DNA from: Actinomycetes bacterium
GTDB lineage: Bacteria > Actinomycetota > Acidimicrobiia > IMCC26256 > PALSA-610
Direction of reading: 5' to 3'
Length of the DNA stretch: 64,000 nucleotides
NCBI GenBank assembly: GCA_025360585.1
Contig: JANYBW010000054.1
Span: 25,847 to 89,846 of the forward strand
Part shown: positions 1 to 9,557 of the stretch, piece by piece
How the letters are laid out: each line of letters begins with the position of its first letter
Numbering within the stretch: the first letter of the stretch is position 1
The notes under the pieces: model-generated
What the model was told of the DNA's origin: nothing
The model's database searches: none
The model's input: only the letters and a program-made list of their open reading frames with translations
Made by a program: the position numbers and the translations under genes

Positions 1-288
1 GTGACGGTTGTTCGAGGTCGGGCCGATGGACGGACGATGATTTTTGTTCCTGAGGTCAAAGGTGCGGTCAGCGTTGGGTTGAATCTGTTGCATGTGCAGT
101 TCCATGGTCATCTTGATGCCGAGACAGCCCGGCGGGTGTTGCAGGGCTATCGCGGCCGGTATGCGGCGATCCAAGACCAAGTCACCGAAACTGAACCCAG
201 CTTCGACGACGCGGTATTGAGTTCTCTCGATATGGTTGCTCTGTTGACGGAACCAGTTGCGCAACTTGCCGAACATTGGCGTCGCTAA
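1..288 (+). CDS. hypothetical protein, 3' end only (5' end lies outside the window)
   Basis: Open frame from the window edge to a TAA stop at 286-288, with ordinary amino-acid composition. I recognised no family motif. A competing minus-strand frame (ATG near 277, running off the left edge, not in the ORF track) cannot be excluded. Confidence 0.3.
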   Translation: MTVVRGRADGRTMIFVPEVKGAVSVGLNLLHVQFHGHLDAETARRVLQGYRGRYAAIQDQVTETEPSFDDAVLSSLDMVALLTEPVAQLAEHWRR

Positions 289-328
289 TTGTGCCGAGCT
301 CGCCCAGCCGATATTGGTACGACTGCTG

Positions 329-1837
329 ATGGAGCCAGTACTCACTCCCGCGGAAATGCGCCTGGCTGACCAACGTACGGTCGCGTTGGGAACTTCGTAC
401 GCCGAGCTGATCAATCGCGCTGGTGTCGCGGTGGCTTGGCACGCCCGACGAATGTTGGGTGGAATGTACGGCCGTCGGATCGTTGTCGTTTGTGGGAAGG
501 GCAATAATGGAAATGATGGCCGTGTTGCGGCCCGAGTCCTTGATGCCTGGGGCGCCGCAGTCGAAACTTTTGATGTCGAAAGCTTGATCGATCACGTTCG
601 TCTTTGTCGATCGCTCGAACGGTGTCACCTCGCAATCGATGCGATGTTCGGCATCGGCTTTCGCGGTGAGCTTGCCCACGCCGCCGCGACTATCGATGCC
701 GAACTCAACCGCGCTCCATTGATTTTGGCCGTGGATATTCCGAGTGGTGTCGATGGCACAACCGGCGAGATCCGTGGCGCGGGATTCATCGGGGGTGCCG
801 TGCTGGCCGACGAAACGATTACCTTTGGAGCCTTGAAACCTGGATTGTTGTTTGAACCCGGGCGTTTTCACTCGGGCCGAGTGACCGTTGAAGCGCTGGG
901 AATTGATGTCGGCTCGCCGACCACATCGATGTGGACGGCGCGCGATTGTCAAGCCGTTCCTCTGCACCGTTGGCCTCAGGACCACAAATGGTCGGCGGCG
1001 GTTGCGGTGGTTGGCGGCTCGGCTGGCATGCTCGGTGCTCCGACAATGGTTGGTATGGCCGCGCATCGGTGTGGCTCCGGCATGGTGACAGTGCTGACGC
1101 CAGCAGCGCCGCACGCATCACAGCCCGGTCTTGAACTTGTGTATCGGCGCTGCGATGCGGGGAATGGCGAGTGGGCCTCCGATGCTGGAACATCCATACA
1201 CGCGATCGCGAGGCGTTCGCAATGCGTTGTGATCGGGCCGGGGATTGGTACCAGCGAAGCAACGGGAGCATTGGTGCGATCACTGGTCGCGAACACGCAA
1301 ACTCCCATCGTCGTCGATGCCGACGCGTTGCGGTTACTGTCGTCAACCCATGACGAACTGCGGGCTCGAACGAAGTCCGGATATCCCTCGGCTATCGTGA
1401 CTCCACACGCAGGAGAATTTGGCGCGATGGCCGGCCATGAGATTGGCGCCGATCGCATTCAAGCGGCACGGGATTTGGCGGCGGAATCCGATTGCATTGT
1501 GTTGCTGAAAGGTCCTGGGACTGTCGTCGCGAGCCCAACCGGTCGTGCCACCATCGTCGCGAACGGTGGAAGCGAACTCGCGACCGCGGGTACCGGCGAT
1601 GCGCTTGCCGGTTGCATCGCCGCGTTCGTTGCGCGGTCGCACAGCCGAGCCGTCGATGATCTCTTCACGATGACTGCTGCCGCGGCTTGGATTCATGGTG
1701 ACGCAGCGAGCCGTACCAACATTGGTCCGAGTATGACCGCCACCGACCTCATCGCCGCGTTGCCCGCTACCCTGGATGATCTGCGCAATGGTTACGGTGC
1801 CGCGTCGTCGGAGAGCATTTTTGCGGGCGCGCAATGA
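329..1837 (+). CDS. nnr: bifunctional NAD(P)H-hydrate repair enzyme (YjeF_N epimerase plus ADP-dependent dehydratase)
   Basis: N-terminal motif VVVCGKGNNGNDG (YjeF_N). C-terminal carbohydrate-kinase motifs GPGIG, TPHAGEF, LLKGPGT and TAGTGDALAG. I prefer ATG 329 (MEPVLTPAEMR...) over the ORF-track TTG 257. The stop overlaps the alr start (ATGA). Confidence 0.85.
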   Translation: MEPVLTPAEMRLADQRTVALGTSYAELINRAGVAVAWHARRMLGGMYGRRIVVVCGKGNNGNDGRVAARVLDAWGAAVETFDVESLIDHVRLCRSLERCHLAIDAMFGIGFRGELAHAAATIDAELNRAPLILAVDIPSGVDGTTGEIRGAGFIGGAVLADETITFGALKPGLLFEPGRFHSGRVTVEALGIDVGSPTTSMWTARDCQAVPLHRWPQDHKWSAAVAVVGGSAGMLGAPTMVGMAAHRCGSGMVTVLTPAAPHASQPGLELVYRRCDAGNGEWASDAGTSIHAIARRSQCVVIGPGIGTSEATGALVRSLVANTQTPIVVDADALRLLSSTHDELRARTKSGYPSAIVTPHAGEFGAMAGHEIGADRIQAARDLAAESDCIVLLKGPGTVVASPTGRATIVANGGSELATAGTGDALAGCIAAFVARSHSRAVDDLFTMTAAAAWIHGDAASRTNIGPSMTATDLIAALPATLDDLRNGYGAASSESIFAGAQ

Positions 1838-2967
1838 AACCTTTGATGCGACCAGTCTGGGCTGAGATCGACCTCGAATGTGTGCGCGAAAACGTTGCTG
1901 CGTTGCAACAGATTGTTGGTCCGAGCGGAATTCTCTCGGTAGTGAAAGCCGACGCGTATGGCCATGGCGCCGTCCCCGTTGCTCGGGCCGCGATCGAAGC
2001 GGGAGCGGTCGGTCTTGGGGTAGCGCTGGTTGAAGAAGGAATCACGCTGCGCGAAGCCGGCGTGACTGCTGCGATATTGGTGTTGTCCGAGGCCGCGAGC
2101 GATGCGTTCGATGCCGTCGTCGAATACGGCTTGACCCCAACTGTCTATTCGGCGGAGGCACTGGGCGCGCTCGCGAACGCCGTTCGTCGGCATGGGCGCG
2201 CGGGCTATCCGGTGCAGCTGAAAATTGATACGGGGATGCGACGAGTGGGCTGCGATCCGGATACTGCAATCGTATTGGCGCGCGAGATCATCGCGACACC
2301 AGAGCTGAGTTTTGATGCCGCATTTACTCACTTCGCAGTGGCCGATGAATTGGACCACCCGTTCAACGCGGTTCAGCTCGACCGATTCCTATCAACGGCT
2401 GGGTCGATGCGCGAAGCCGGGTTATCGCCGCGAGTCCTGCACGCCGCGAATACTGCCGCGGCGCTTGCGCTTCCAGACGCTCGGCTCGACGTTGTTCGGT
2501 GTGGCATCGGCGTCTACGGATATGCGCCCGCGGCATGGATGGCCGGATTGGTCGCGCTGCGGCCAGCGATGAGCGTTGTGGCCGCAGTCTCGTTTGTGAA
2601 ACGAGTCGGAAGTGGTGAAGCGCTGAGCTACGGCCTGCGTTACGAGACGACCCGCGCGACCAATATCGCGACAATCCCGATTGGCTACGCCGACGGAGTT
2701 CCTCGCAAACTTGGTGAAACCGGTGGATGTGTGTTGGTCCGAGGCCAACGGCTGCCGATCGCAGGAACGGTGACAATGGATCAGATTCTCGTCGATGTCG
2801 GTGATCTGGCTGTTGCAGTCGGCGAGCCAGTGGTTCTGCTTGGCTCCCAGGGCCATGAAACGATCGATGCGCAAGAGTGGGCTGACCGGCTGGGTACGAT
2901 TGCTTACGAAATCGTGTGTGGAATCGGCCCGCGCGTACCTCGTAAATATGTGGGTGCTGCGCAATGA
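1834..2967 (+). CDS. alr: alanine racemase
   Basis: PLP-lysine motif VVKADAYGHGAV. The 377-aa length and the position upstream of tsaE match the actinobacterial order. Confidence 0.9.
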   Translation: MKPLMRPVWAEIDLECVRENVAALQQIVGPSGILSVVKADAYGHGAVPVARAAIEAGAVGLGVALVEEGITLREAGVTAAILVLSEAASDAFDAVVEYGLTPTVYSAEALGALANAVRRHGRAGYPVQLKIDTGMRRVGCDPDTAIVLAREIIATPELSFDAAFTHFAVADELDHPFNAVQLDRFLSTAGSMREAGLSPRVLHAANTAAALALPDARLDVVRCGIGVYGYAPAAWMAGLVALRPAMSVVAAVSFVKRVGSGEALSYGLRYETTRATNIATIPIGYADGVPRKLGETGGCVLVRGQRLPIAGTVTMDQILVDVGDLAVAVGEPVVLLGSQGHETIDAQEWADRLGTIAYEIVCGIGPRVPRKYVGAAQ

Positions 2968-3995
2968 GCCGGCTTCGAGCGCTCGCGAAAGGTGCCAGTG
3001 TCACGGGGGTGGCGTCGATCGCGTTGGGTGGCGTGGCCTACGGGATCGAGCGGCTGGTCGCGGCGCGCATTCGCCGCGGCTCCGACGACGATCTGGCCGG
3101 TATCGCCTCACCGTATCCGTATTCAAGCAACCACGTCGTGACGAGCGATGGATCCAAACTGACCTACATCGATACGGGAGGTAACCCAGACGAGCCAACG
3201 GTTGTGTTGTCGCACGGCGTCACGCTGAACATCCGTACTTGGGTTCGCCAAGTGAATTTCTTGCATGCCAACGGATGCCGAGTGATCGTCTTTAACCACC
3301 GTGGCCACGGCGACTCCACGCTCGGATCATCGGGTTTTGGCGTCGACCATATTGGCGACGACGTGTACGTGTTGTTGCATGAACTCGACCTTCACGACGT
3401 CGTGCTGGTCGGGCATTCCATGGGTGGAGTTGCCGTGCAGTCCTACCTTGCTCGTCATGCAAATGATGCTGCAGATCGTGTCGCGGGGATTGTGTTGTTG
3501 TCGACGTTGCCGTCTGCGTTGAGTGGGTCGCAAGCTGCGCGCATGGGTCAGATAGTTGAACGCGTGACGCGCCGAACGCCAGACTCGACGCGCTTGTGGG
3601 CGAATCCTCACCTCGGCTTGGTGCTCGCTCGTTTCGGTTTTGGTCGAGACCCGCGGCCCAGTGACGTTGAACTTGTTCGTCAGATGATGTTGGCGTGCGA
3701 TCCAACGACTCGCGTCGCGGGTCCGCGTTCGCTCATTGGATTCAACCTCGTCGAGGAGTTAGCGGCGATCGCATTGCCGACCCTGGTCATCGGAGGTACA
3801 GCGGACGTCATCACACCGGAACGTGACTCACGACGCATGCATGCGGCGATCGCGAATTCGAAGCTCGCTATTTTTGAGGGCGGCGGCCACATGCTGATGC
3901 TGGAACGCTTTGAACCGCTGAACGAAATGCTGCTCGCTTTTGTTCGGGAGCTGCAAGATTTTTCAGTTCCGGAAACGCTGTCACCTAATGCCTGA
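2964..3995 (+). CDS. alpha/beta-fold hydrolase
   Basis: Nucleophile elbow GHSMGG, an HGV oxyanion region and a C-terminal GGGH motif. ATGA overlap with the alr stop. Confidence 0.8.
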   Translation: MSRLRALAKGASVTGVASIALGGVAYGIERLVAARIRRGSDDDLAGIASPYPYSSNHVVTSDGSKLTYIDTGGNPDEPTVVLSHGVTLNIRTWVRQVNFLHANGCRVIVFNHRGHGDSTLGSSGFGVDHIGDDVYVLLHELDLHDVVLVGHSMGGVAVQSYLARHANDAADRVAGIVLLSTLPSALSGSQAARMGQIVERVTRRTPDSTRLWANPHLGLVLARFGFGRDPRPSDVELVRQMMLACDPTTRVAGPRSLIGFNLVEELAAIALPTLVIGGTADVITPERDSRRMHAAIANSKLAIFEGGGHMLMLERFEPLNEMLLAFVRELQDFSVPETLSPNA

Positions 3996-4605
3996 ATCCA
4001 TTGGTTTTTCTGGCCACCCCGCGCAAAGTGCGGGGGCTACTTTGGCGACGCTGCGCGCGGCCGCGCTTGAGTGCACCCGATGCCCACTGGCCGAAGGGAG
4101 AACCCAAGTTGTGTTCGGCAGTGGTCGTGCTGACGCTGATCTGATGTTTATCGGGGAGGGCCCGGGAGCCAACGAGGATGCTTCGGGCGTGCCGTTTGTT
4201 GGGAGAGCCGGTACCTTGCTGACGCAGCTCATCGAAGGCATCGAGCTGACTCGTGAGGATGTGTACATCGCGAATGTGGTCAAGTGCCGCCCGCCCAACA
4301 ATCGCGATCCATTGCCGTTGGAGATCGCGCAATGCGCGCCTTGGCTGGATCGTCAGTTACGACTTGTCGCACCAAAAGTGGTGGTGACGCTCGGCAACTT
4401 CGCGACGAAGTCGCTGCTCGAAACGACCGACGGAATCACGAAATTGCGGGGACGTGAGTTTCCGTTTCGGCGCGGTGGCGTCGACGCGATTCTCGTCCCG
4501 GTGCTGCATCCCTCCGCGATTTTGCGTAACGGTGGTAAAGCCCTTGCCGATGCCCGAGCCGATTTCGTACTGATCAAACACCGAGCCAGCAGCCTCGTGC
4601 CATGA
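3988..4605 (+). CDS. uracil-DNA glycosylase, family 4
   Basis: CTRCPL Fe-S cysteines, GEGPGANED motif A and a VKCRPP motif. ATG 3988 chosen inside ORF 3940-4605. Confidence 0.85.
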   Translation: MPESIGFSGHPAQSAGATLATLRAAALECTRCPLAEGRTQVVFGSGRADADLMFIGEGPGANEDASGVPFVGRAGTLLTQLIEGIELTREDVYIANVVKCRPPNNRDPLPLEIAQCAPWLDRQLRLVAPKVVVTLGNFATKSLLETTDGITKLRGREFPFRRGGVDAILVPVLHPSAILRNGGKALADARADFVLIKHRASSLVP

Positions 4606-5102
4606 AAGTGAAAATCCTGACCCACTCGCGCAGCGAGACGATTGCACTCGGCACAATTGTTGGCCGCGAGTTGTACCGCGGCGATGTTGTGTTGGTGAAT
4701 GGCGCGCTCGGTGCGGGAAAGACCGCCTTGATTACCGGAATGGTGCGCGGCACCGGAAGCGATGATTACGTTTCGAGCCCCACGTACGCGATCACGCAGC
4801 ACTATGAAGGACCCATGCCGCTCGTGCACGCCGATCTCTATCGCGTGACCCATCCTCGCGAGTTGGACGACATTGGATTCGAAGAAACCTTCGACGGCAT
4901 GAACATTGTGTTGATCGAATGGGCGGAGCGCGCGACCGAACTCGAAAGGCTGGCGGGTCTCGTTGTGCGCTGTTCATCTGGAGGCGCGCAAGATGATCGG
5001 ATCTTCGACATAGAGCGCCGCGGTTTGGACATCGATCGTTGGGTTGCGTTGTGCGCCGCGCTTGGCGACGCGGTAGTCCTCGACGCTGGTGTCGTTGTGT
5101 GA
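4602..5102 (+). CDS. tsaE: tRNA t6A37 threonylcarbamoyladenosine biosynthesis ATPase TsaE
   Basis: P-loop GALGAGKT, an SPTYAI motif and HADLYR. ATGA overlap with the preceding gene. Confidence 0.85.
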   Translation: MKVKILTHSRSETIALGTIVGRELYRGDVVLVNGALGAGKTALITGMVRGTGSDDYVSSPTYAITQHYEGPMPLVHADLYRVTHPRELDDIGFEETFDGMNIVLIEWAERATELERLAGLVVRCSSGGAQDDRIFDIERRGLDIDRWVALCAALGDAVVLDAGVVV

Positions 5103-5821
5103 TGAGGCTCCTCGCGATCGATTCATGCACTCGACGCATCAGTGTGGCCTTTGGTGATGATGGAGGAGTGCTCGGCGAGATGACGCTTGGCGCGAGTGCG
5201 CACGCCGGGCCCCCGCGTCACGTCGAACAGCTCAGCCCCGCGATCCAACATTTGAGCCAGCAGTGTGGCGTTGCGTTGCGCGAACTCGACGCGGTCGCTA
5301 TCACGATTGGACCCGGAATGTTCACCGGCTTGCGAGTTGGCCTGACCACCGCGAAGACCATCGCAAGCGCGCTTCGAATCCCGATCGTTGCGCTGACAAG
5401 CCTCGAGGTATTGGCGCAACCGTTCGACGATTTCGATGGAATGGTTGTTCCGGTGATCGATGCGCGCCGCGCCGAGGTGTACTACGCGAGATACGTCATC
5501 GAGGGTGGAACGCGGCGCCGAGTCGCGGAGTATTGCATCGATACGCCAGCAAAACTTGCTGAACAATTGCGCGACGAATTGAGTCCGATTCTGCTGTGCG
5601 GCGACGGTGCGTTGCGATTCCGCGAGGCTTTTTCGGTTATTGCTGGGCTCACGATCGCGAGCGACGCGTTGTGCAGCATGAGTATGACGCATTTTGTGGC
5701 GCTTGCGATGCAACGGTTCGTTGATGGAGGTGGCTCCGACCCTGCGGCCGTGCTGCCGTTGTACTTGCGCGACAGCGATGCGGTGGCCAACCCTGCGTTT
5801 GCAACTGGGCGGAGCACATGA
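5102..5821 (+). CDS. tsaB: tRNA t6A37 biosynthesis protein TsaB (YeaZ family)
   Basis: N-terminus MRLLAIDSC and an internal GPGMFTGLRVG motif. ATG 5102 overlaps the tsaE stop. The ORF-track start at 5039 would overlap tsaE by 64 nt. Confidence 0.85.
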   Translation: MRLLAIDSCTRRISVAFGDDGGVLGEMTLGASAHAGPPRHVEQLSPAIQHLSQQCGVALRELDAVAITIGPGMFTGLRVGLTTAKTIASALRIPIVALTSLEVLAQPFDDFDGMVVPVIDARRAEVYYARYVIEGGTRRRVAEYCIDTPAKLAEQLRDELSPILLCGDGALRFREAFSVIAGLTIASDALCSMSMTHFVALAMQRFVDGGGSDPAAVLPLYLRDSDAVANPAFATGRST

Positions 5822-6411
5822 CCGCTGACGCTGCGACATCCGAAGGCCGCTCGCCCGACGGTATTGCGATTACCCCGATGCGACGACGGCACGAAAAAGC
5901 GGTGTTGACCATCGAACGGTTGGTTAATCCGAAGCCATGGTCGGCGGAGGTGCTGCATAGCGAGCTGGTGCTTCGCGATACGCGGGCCTATTTCGTGGCG
6001 ATGCAGCGCAATGCTGTTGTTGGCTTCGCAGGGCTCATGATGGCCGTCGATGATGGTCACGTGACCAATATTGGAGTACACCCAGCGTTTCAACGTCGAC
6101 ACATCGCGTCGCGCTTGATGATTGTGCTGGCCGAATGCGCAATCGAACGTGGCGCGCATGCGCTCACACTCGAAGTTCGATTGTCGAACACTGCGGCGCA
6201 GGAGCTGTATCGACGTTTTGGCTTTGCTCCGGTTGGTGTGCGCAAGGGCTACTACCAACTCCCCGACGAAGACGCGTTGATCATGTGGTCCCACGATGTC
6301 GATGCTGATGCGTACCGTGAACTTCTCGATGGCCTGCGCCGCCGCTTGGTGAACCCGCTCGAATTTATCGCTGCCTCCGACCGTGTTGTTTCGACGCAAG
6401 ACGGTCTCTGA
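5818..6411 (+). CDS. rimI: ribosomal-protein-alanine N-acetyltransferase (GNAT)
   Basis: GNAT core (VHPAFQRRHIASRLM...LEVRLSNTAAQELYRRFGF). Sits in the conserved slot between tsaB and tsaD. Confidence 0.8.
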   Translation: MTADAATSEGRSPDGIAITPMRRRHEKAVLTIERLVNPKPWSAEVLHSELVLRDTRAYFVAMQRNAVVGFAGLMMAVDDGHVTNIGVHPAFQRRHIASRLMIVLAECAIERGAHALTLEVRLSNTAAQELYRRFGFAPVGVRKGYYQLPDEDALIMWSHDVDADAYRELLDGLRRRLVNPLEFIAASDRVVSTQDGL

Positions 6412-7403
6412 TGTTGGTCCTCGCAGTGGAATCCAGTTGCGACGAAACTGCGGCCGCGATCATCGAGGATGGCACAACGATTCGCAGTTCTGTTGTATCG
6501 AGCCACGTCGAATTGCACGCGCCGTTTGGTGGCGTCGTGCCCGAAATTGCGAGTCGGGCGCATCTCGAACGGATCCAGCCAGTCATTGACGAAGCGCTTG
6601 TTGACGCAGGCGTCTTGCTGGATGCAGTCGACGTCTTTGCCGCAACGCGTGGCCCTGGACTGGTCGGCGCCTTGATCGTTGGAGTAGCGGCAGCGAAGAG
6701 CTTGGCGTTGGTTTACGACAAGCCGTTTGTCGGGGTGAATCATCATGAGGGGCACTTGTTCGCAGCGCGGCTGCAAGCGCCGAATTTGGCGCCGCCGTTC
6801 ATGACCCTGATTGTGTCTGGTGGTCACACCATGATTGTCGCGACTGACGATTGGGGTGCTTACCGAGTGCTGGGACGCACAGTGGACGATGCGGCCGGCG
6901 AAGCATTCGACAAGGTCGCGCGCCACCTCGGGCTTGGGTATCCCGGTGGGCCAATTATCGATGAACTTGCCATGACTGGCGACCCCAAACGGGTGCAGCT
7001 TCCGCGGCCGATGCTCAACGATGGCAGCTACGACTTTTCGTTTTCCGGACTGAAAACGGCCGTGATTCGTTACGTCGCCGAGAATCCGGAAGTTGCAATG
7101 TGCGATGTTGCTGCAGGATTTCAAGCCGCGGCAGTTGAAGTACTGACGACGAAATTGCTGCGAGCAGCGCACCACGAATCTATGGATACGGTCGTGATTG
7201 GTGGCGGCGTGGCCGCGAACTCCGGGCTTCGGTTGCAGGTAGAGCTTGAGAGCGAACAACGCGGGCTGCACTGCGTTGTCCCGGCTCGGGCGCTCTGCAC
7301 GGACAATGCGGCGATGATCGGTGCTGCCGCCGCCGCACAATATGCGCGAAACGGTCAGGATTCATTGGGATTGTCGGTAGCTCCTGGGCTCCGGCTCGGT
7401 TAG
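6411..7403 (+). CDS. tsaD: tRNA N6-adenosine threonylcarbamoyltransferase TsaD
   Basis: LAVESSCDETAAAI N-terminus, HHEGH metal site and SGGHT motif, as in the Kae1/TsaD family. Confidence 0.92.
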   Translation: MLVLAVESSCDETAAAIIEDGTTIRSSVVSSHVELHAPFGGVVPEIASRAHLERIQPVIDEALVDAGVLLDAVDVFAATRGPGLVGALIVGVAAAKSLALVYDKPFVGVNHHEGHLFAARLQAPNLAPPFMTLIVSGGHTMIVATDDWGAYRVLGRTVDDAAGEAFDKVARHLGLGYPGGPIIDELAMTGDPKRVQLPRPMLNDGSYDFSFSGLKTAVIRYVAENPEVAMCDVAAGFQAAAVEVLTTKLLRAAHHESMDTVVIGGGVAANSGLRLQVELESEQRGLHCVVPARALCTDNAAMIGAAAAAQYARNGQDSLGLSVAPGLRLG

Positions 7404-7426
7404 CACTCTGGTGTTGAGAGTGCTAA
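7400..7426 (+). promoter_or_regulatory. CIRCE operator (HrcA binding site) upstream of groES
   Basis: TTAGCACTC-N9-GAGTGCTAA reads exactly as the CIRCE consensus inverted repeat. It overlaps the tsaD stop and lies 78 nt upstream of the groES ATG. Confidence 0.88.
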
Positions 7427-7503
7427 TGTCGGCGTTGCGTACCGCTCGTGCGGTGCCATTTTGTCCACATTCGCAATAACCGCACATCTCTGGAGATGCA
7501 TCG

Positions 7504-7812
7504 ATGAAGCTGCAGCCGTTGGAAGACCGCATCGTCGTCCGCACCGCCGAGGCCGAGGAAAAGACCGCAAGCGGTCTTGTAATCCCCGACACCGCCAAGG
7601 AAAAACCCCAACAGGGTGAAGTTCTGGCCGTGGGCCCCGGTCGTCGTTCGGACCAGACTGGCGAAATCATCCCGCTCGACATCAGCGTGGGCGACACTGT
7701 CGTCTACTCGAAGTACGGCGGCACTGAGATCAGCCACGAGGGTAATGATTACCTGATCCTGAACGCACGCGACGTTCTTGCCAAGATTGGCGCGGGCTCG
7801 AAAAAGAAGTAA
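7504..7812 (+). CDS. groES: co-chaperonin GroES
   Basis: [13 protein letters not shown]...[28 protein letters not shown] is a canonical Cpn10 sequence. Confidence 0.96.
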   Translation: MKLQPLEDRIVVRTAEAEEKTASGLVIPDTAKEKPQQGEVLAVGPGRRSDQTGEIIPLDISVGDTVVYSKYGGTEISHEGNDYLILNARDVLAKIGAGSKKK

Positions 7813-7816
7813 TGCC

Positions 7817-7879
7817 ATCGCGGGTTTCCGCGATATCAGATTTGCAAATGGCGGCCCGCCTGGGCCGCCATTTTCTTTC
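7817..7879 (+). terminator. tandem hairpins forming a rho-independent terminator after groES
   Basis: First hairpin: ATCGCGG-gttt-CCGCGAT (7817-7834). Second hairpin: an 11-bp perfect stem AATGGCGGCCC-gcct-GGGCCGCCATT (7847-7872), followed by TTCTTTC. Confidence 0.75.
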
Positions 7880-7942
7880 AACCGTTGATCAGCTCAGGAC
7901 GTTGGCCCCCACGCCGATGTTCCTTTGGGAGGTCTACGGGAG

Positions 7943-8482
7943 ATGGTGTCAACACCGAAGCATTCGGGGAAGTCCGCGCCGGTTTCGCAGCGGCGACTGT
8001 CTCGACGCCATGACCGTGGTGAATTGCTGCTCGAGCTCTTGATGACGACATCGATCGTCACGGTCTGTGTGATCGGGTTGGTGGGTGCGCTCGGCTCGAA
8101 TTTTCGTTTCAGTGCGGTGAGTCGAGAAATCAACAACGCGGATCAGCTCCTTGGCCGTTATGCAGAAGCGCTGAGTGCAGCCCCGTACGAGACTTGTTCG
8201 GTCAGCAGCGTGCCCTACCAAAAAGTTGGGGTGAGCGCGATTCCGAACAGTTCGTTGCCGAAAGATGTTGCGACAGGAGTTCCCGGAGCAGTTGTTGCCA
8301 ATTCCTTTTCCTTCGCGTTCGCAGTTGATGGAGTCCAGTACTGGAACAACGACGTAGCGCCGGCCACTTTTCGAAGCCAGTGCACTGGGCCCGACACCGG
8401 AATTCAGCAACTCGTACTCTCGGTCAGCGCGGGTGATGGTTCACTCGTGCGGCGAACCACAATCGTGAAGCGCGCACCATGA
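7943..8482 (+). CDS. pilin/pseudopilin-like protein (atypical prepilin-type N-terminus)
   Basis: Basic leader ending ...HDRG, followed by ELLLELLMTTSIVTVCVIGLVGALG (Glu at +5 and a hydrophobic helix). ATG 7943 sits behind GGGAG. The ORF track gives TTG 7925. The stop overlaps the next start. Confidence 0.5.
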   Translation: MVSTPKHSGKSAPVSQRRLSRRHDRGELLLELLMTTSIVTVCVIGLVGALGSNFRFSAVSREINNADQLLGRYAEALSAAPYETCSVSSVPYQKVGVSAIPNSSLPKDVATGVPGAVVANSFSFAFAVDGVQYWNNDVAPATFRSQCTGPDTGIQQLVLSVSAGDGSLVRRTTIVKRAP

Positions 8483-9048
8483 AACCGTTGGCATCGATCA
8501 GCCGATTTCTGACTGCACGGAAACACTGCGACAGTCGGCAATCCGATCAACACGGGATGACGCTCGTTGAAATGATCATCAGCATCAGCATGCTGACCGT
8601 GATCACGGTGCCGCTGACGAGCGCGGCGATGATGTTCGCGCAGCACGGTGCCGACGTCGACAAAAGTTTGAGCGACGACACGACAGTGCGCAGTATTGAG
8701 GCGAGTTTTGTAGCCGATGTGCAAAGCGCCACTTCGGTCGTTCTGAACGATGCTGCGGGTTGTGCCGGCACAACGGCCGCGATTGCAACCTTGCAATGGG
8801 GCGAGCCGGGCTTGCAAATACGAACGTCCTGGTACGCCGAAACTATCGCGGGAACCCTCACAATGGTCAGGCGGCGTTGTTCGAACGGCAGTTTGGTTTC
8901 GTACGAACGAGTCGGTGAAGTTGCATCGGCCCCGACCGTGGTGTGTGCGGTGACGTGCACGACGGATCGATTGACGTCGGTAACGATGACAGGCACCGCG
9001 ACCAATGGTGCGATCTTTGCGTTCACTGGAAACCGCAGGTCGCTATGA
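8479..9048 (+). CDS. prepilin-type N-terminal cleavage/methylation domain protein (minor pilin-like)
   Basis: Leader ...SDQHG, then MTLVEMIISISMLTVITVPL. This is the classic G|(F/M)TLxE motif followed by a hydrophobic helix. Confidence 0.65.
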   Translation: MKPLASISRFLTARKHCDSRQSDQHGMTLVEMIISISMLTVITVPLTSAAMMFAQHGADVDKSLSDDTTVRSIEASFVADVQSATSVVLNDAAGCAGTTAAIATLQWGEPGLQIRTSWYAETIAGTLTMVRRRCSNGSLVSYERVGEVASAPTVVCAVTCTTDRLTSVTMTGTATNGAIFAFTGNRRSL

Positions 9049-9557
9049 AGCAGTGGATTCTAAATCGCGTCGCTACTGGTCACAGTCGGCGCGGCCAGCC
9101 GCGCGACCAGCGCGGCGCCTCACTCATTTTGGCGTTGATGTTTACGACTTCGATCGCGTTCATGCTCGGAGTTTCCCTCGATTTCGCGGCGGCCTCATTT
9201 GGGCAGTCGAATGCTTCAACGAGTCTGCGCAATGGCCAGCACGCGGCTGAAGGCGCGATTCACATCATGATTCATTCGATGCGTCGCGATATCACGATTG
9301 GGCGCGAGGGCTTGACCTGTTCGTCGGTGACCCTTGCTGTTGGTGATGGCCGCACCGTGACAACCGCGTGCGTACCAGAGCCGGGAAGCGGCGCTTTGCT
9401 CAACCAAGGCTCGGGCGCGTATGCGAATCGTGCCGTGGCGATGACCAGTTCGATCGCTGGAGTTACCTATATCCGCGCCCGTGTCCTGTTCAACGACGCC
9501 GGCGGCGCGCAACCCGGCAAGCTTGTGCAAATCGTCGAGTGGAGCAACGCGATATGA
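9045..9557 (+). CDS. TadG/TadE-like pilus-assembly (pseudopilin-like) protein
   Basis: Leader ...RDQRG, then ASLILALMFTTSIAFMLGVSLDFAAASF, which resembles the Tad N-terminal segment. ATG 9045 overlaps the upstream stop (ATGA). Confidence 0.45.
   Translation: MKQWILNRVATGHSRRGQPRDQRGASLILALMFTTSIAFMLGVSLDFAAASFGQSNASTSLRNGQHAAEGAIHIMIHSMRRDITIGREGLTCSSVTLAVGDGRTVTTACVPEPGSGALLNQGSGAYANRAVAMTSSIAGVTYIRARVLFNDAGGAQPGKLVQIVEWSNAI

Noticed and set aside
1-277. Minus-strand open frame starting at ATG near 277 and running off the left edge (MFGKLRNWFRQQSNHIERTQYRVV...), not listed in the ORF track.
   Set aside because: Its Gln/Asn/His/Arg-rich composition looks less protein-like than the plus-strand frame. 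It cannot be fully excluded, so the plus-strand call carries low confidence.
182-1114. Long minus-strand ORF (310 aa) antisense to nnr. Similar long antisense ORFs occur at 5482-6399, 6252-7340, 24621-25385, 27381-28136, 40481-41284, 51890-52906 and 62759-63709.
   Set aside because: They lie opposite genes with unmistakable family motifs. Their products are Arg/Ser/Pro/His-rich with no recognisable motifs. They are typical stop-codon-poor antisense frames of high-GC DNA.
7812-8042. 76-aa plus-strand ORF immediately after groES.
   Set aside because: It spans the groES terminator hairpins and overlaps the better-supported pilin-like ORF frame. No ribosome-binding site or motif.
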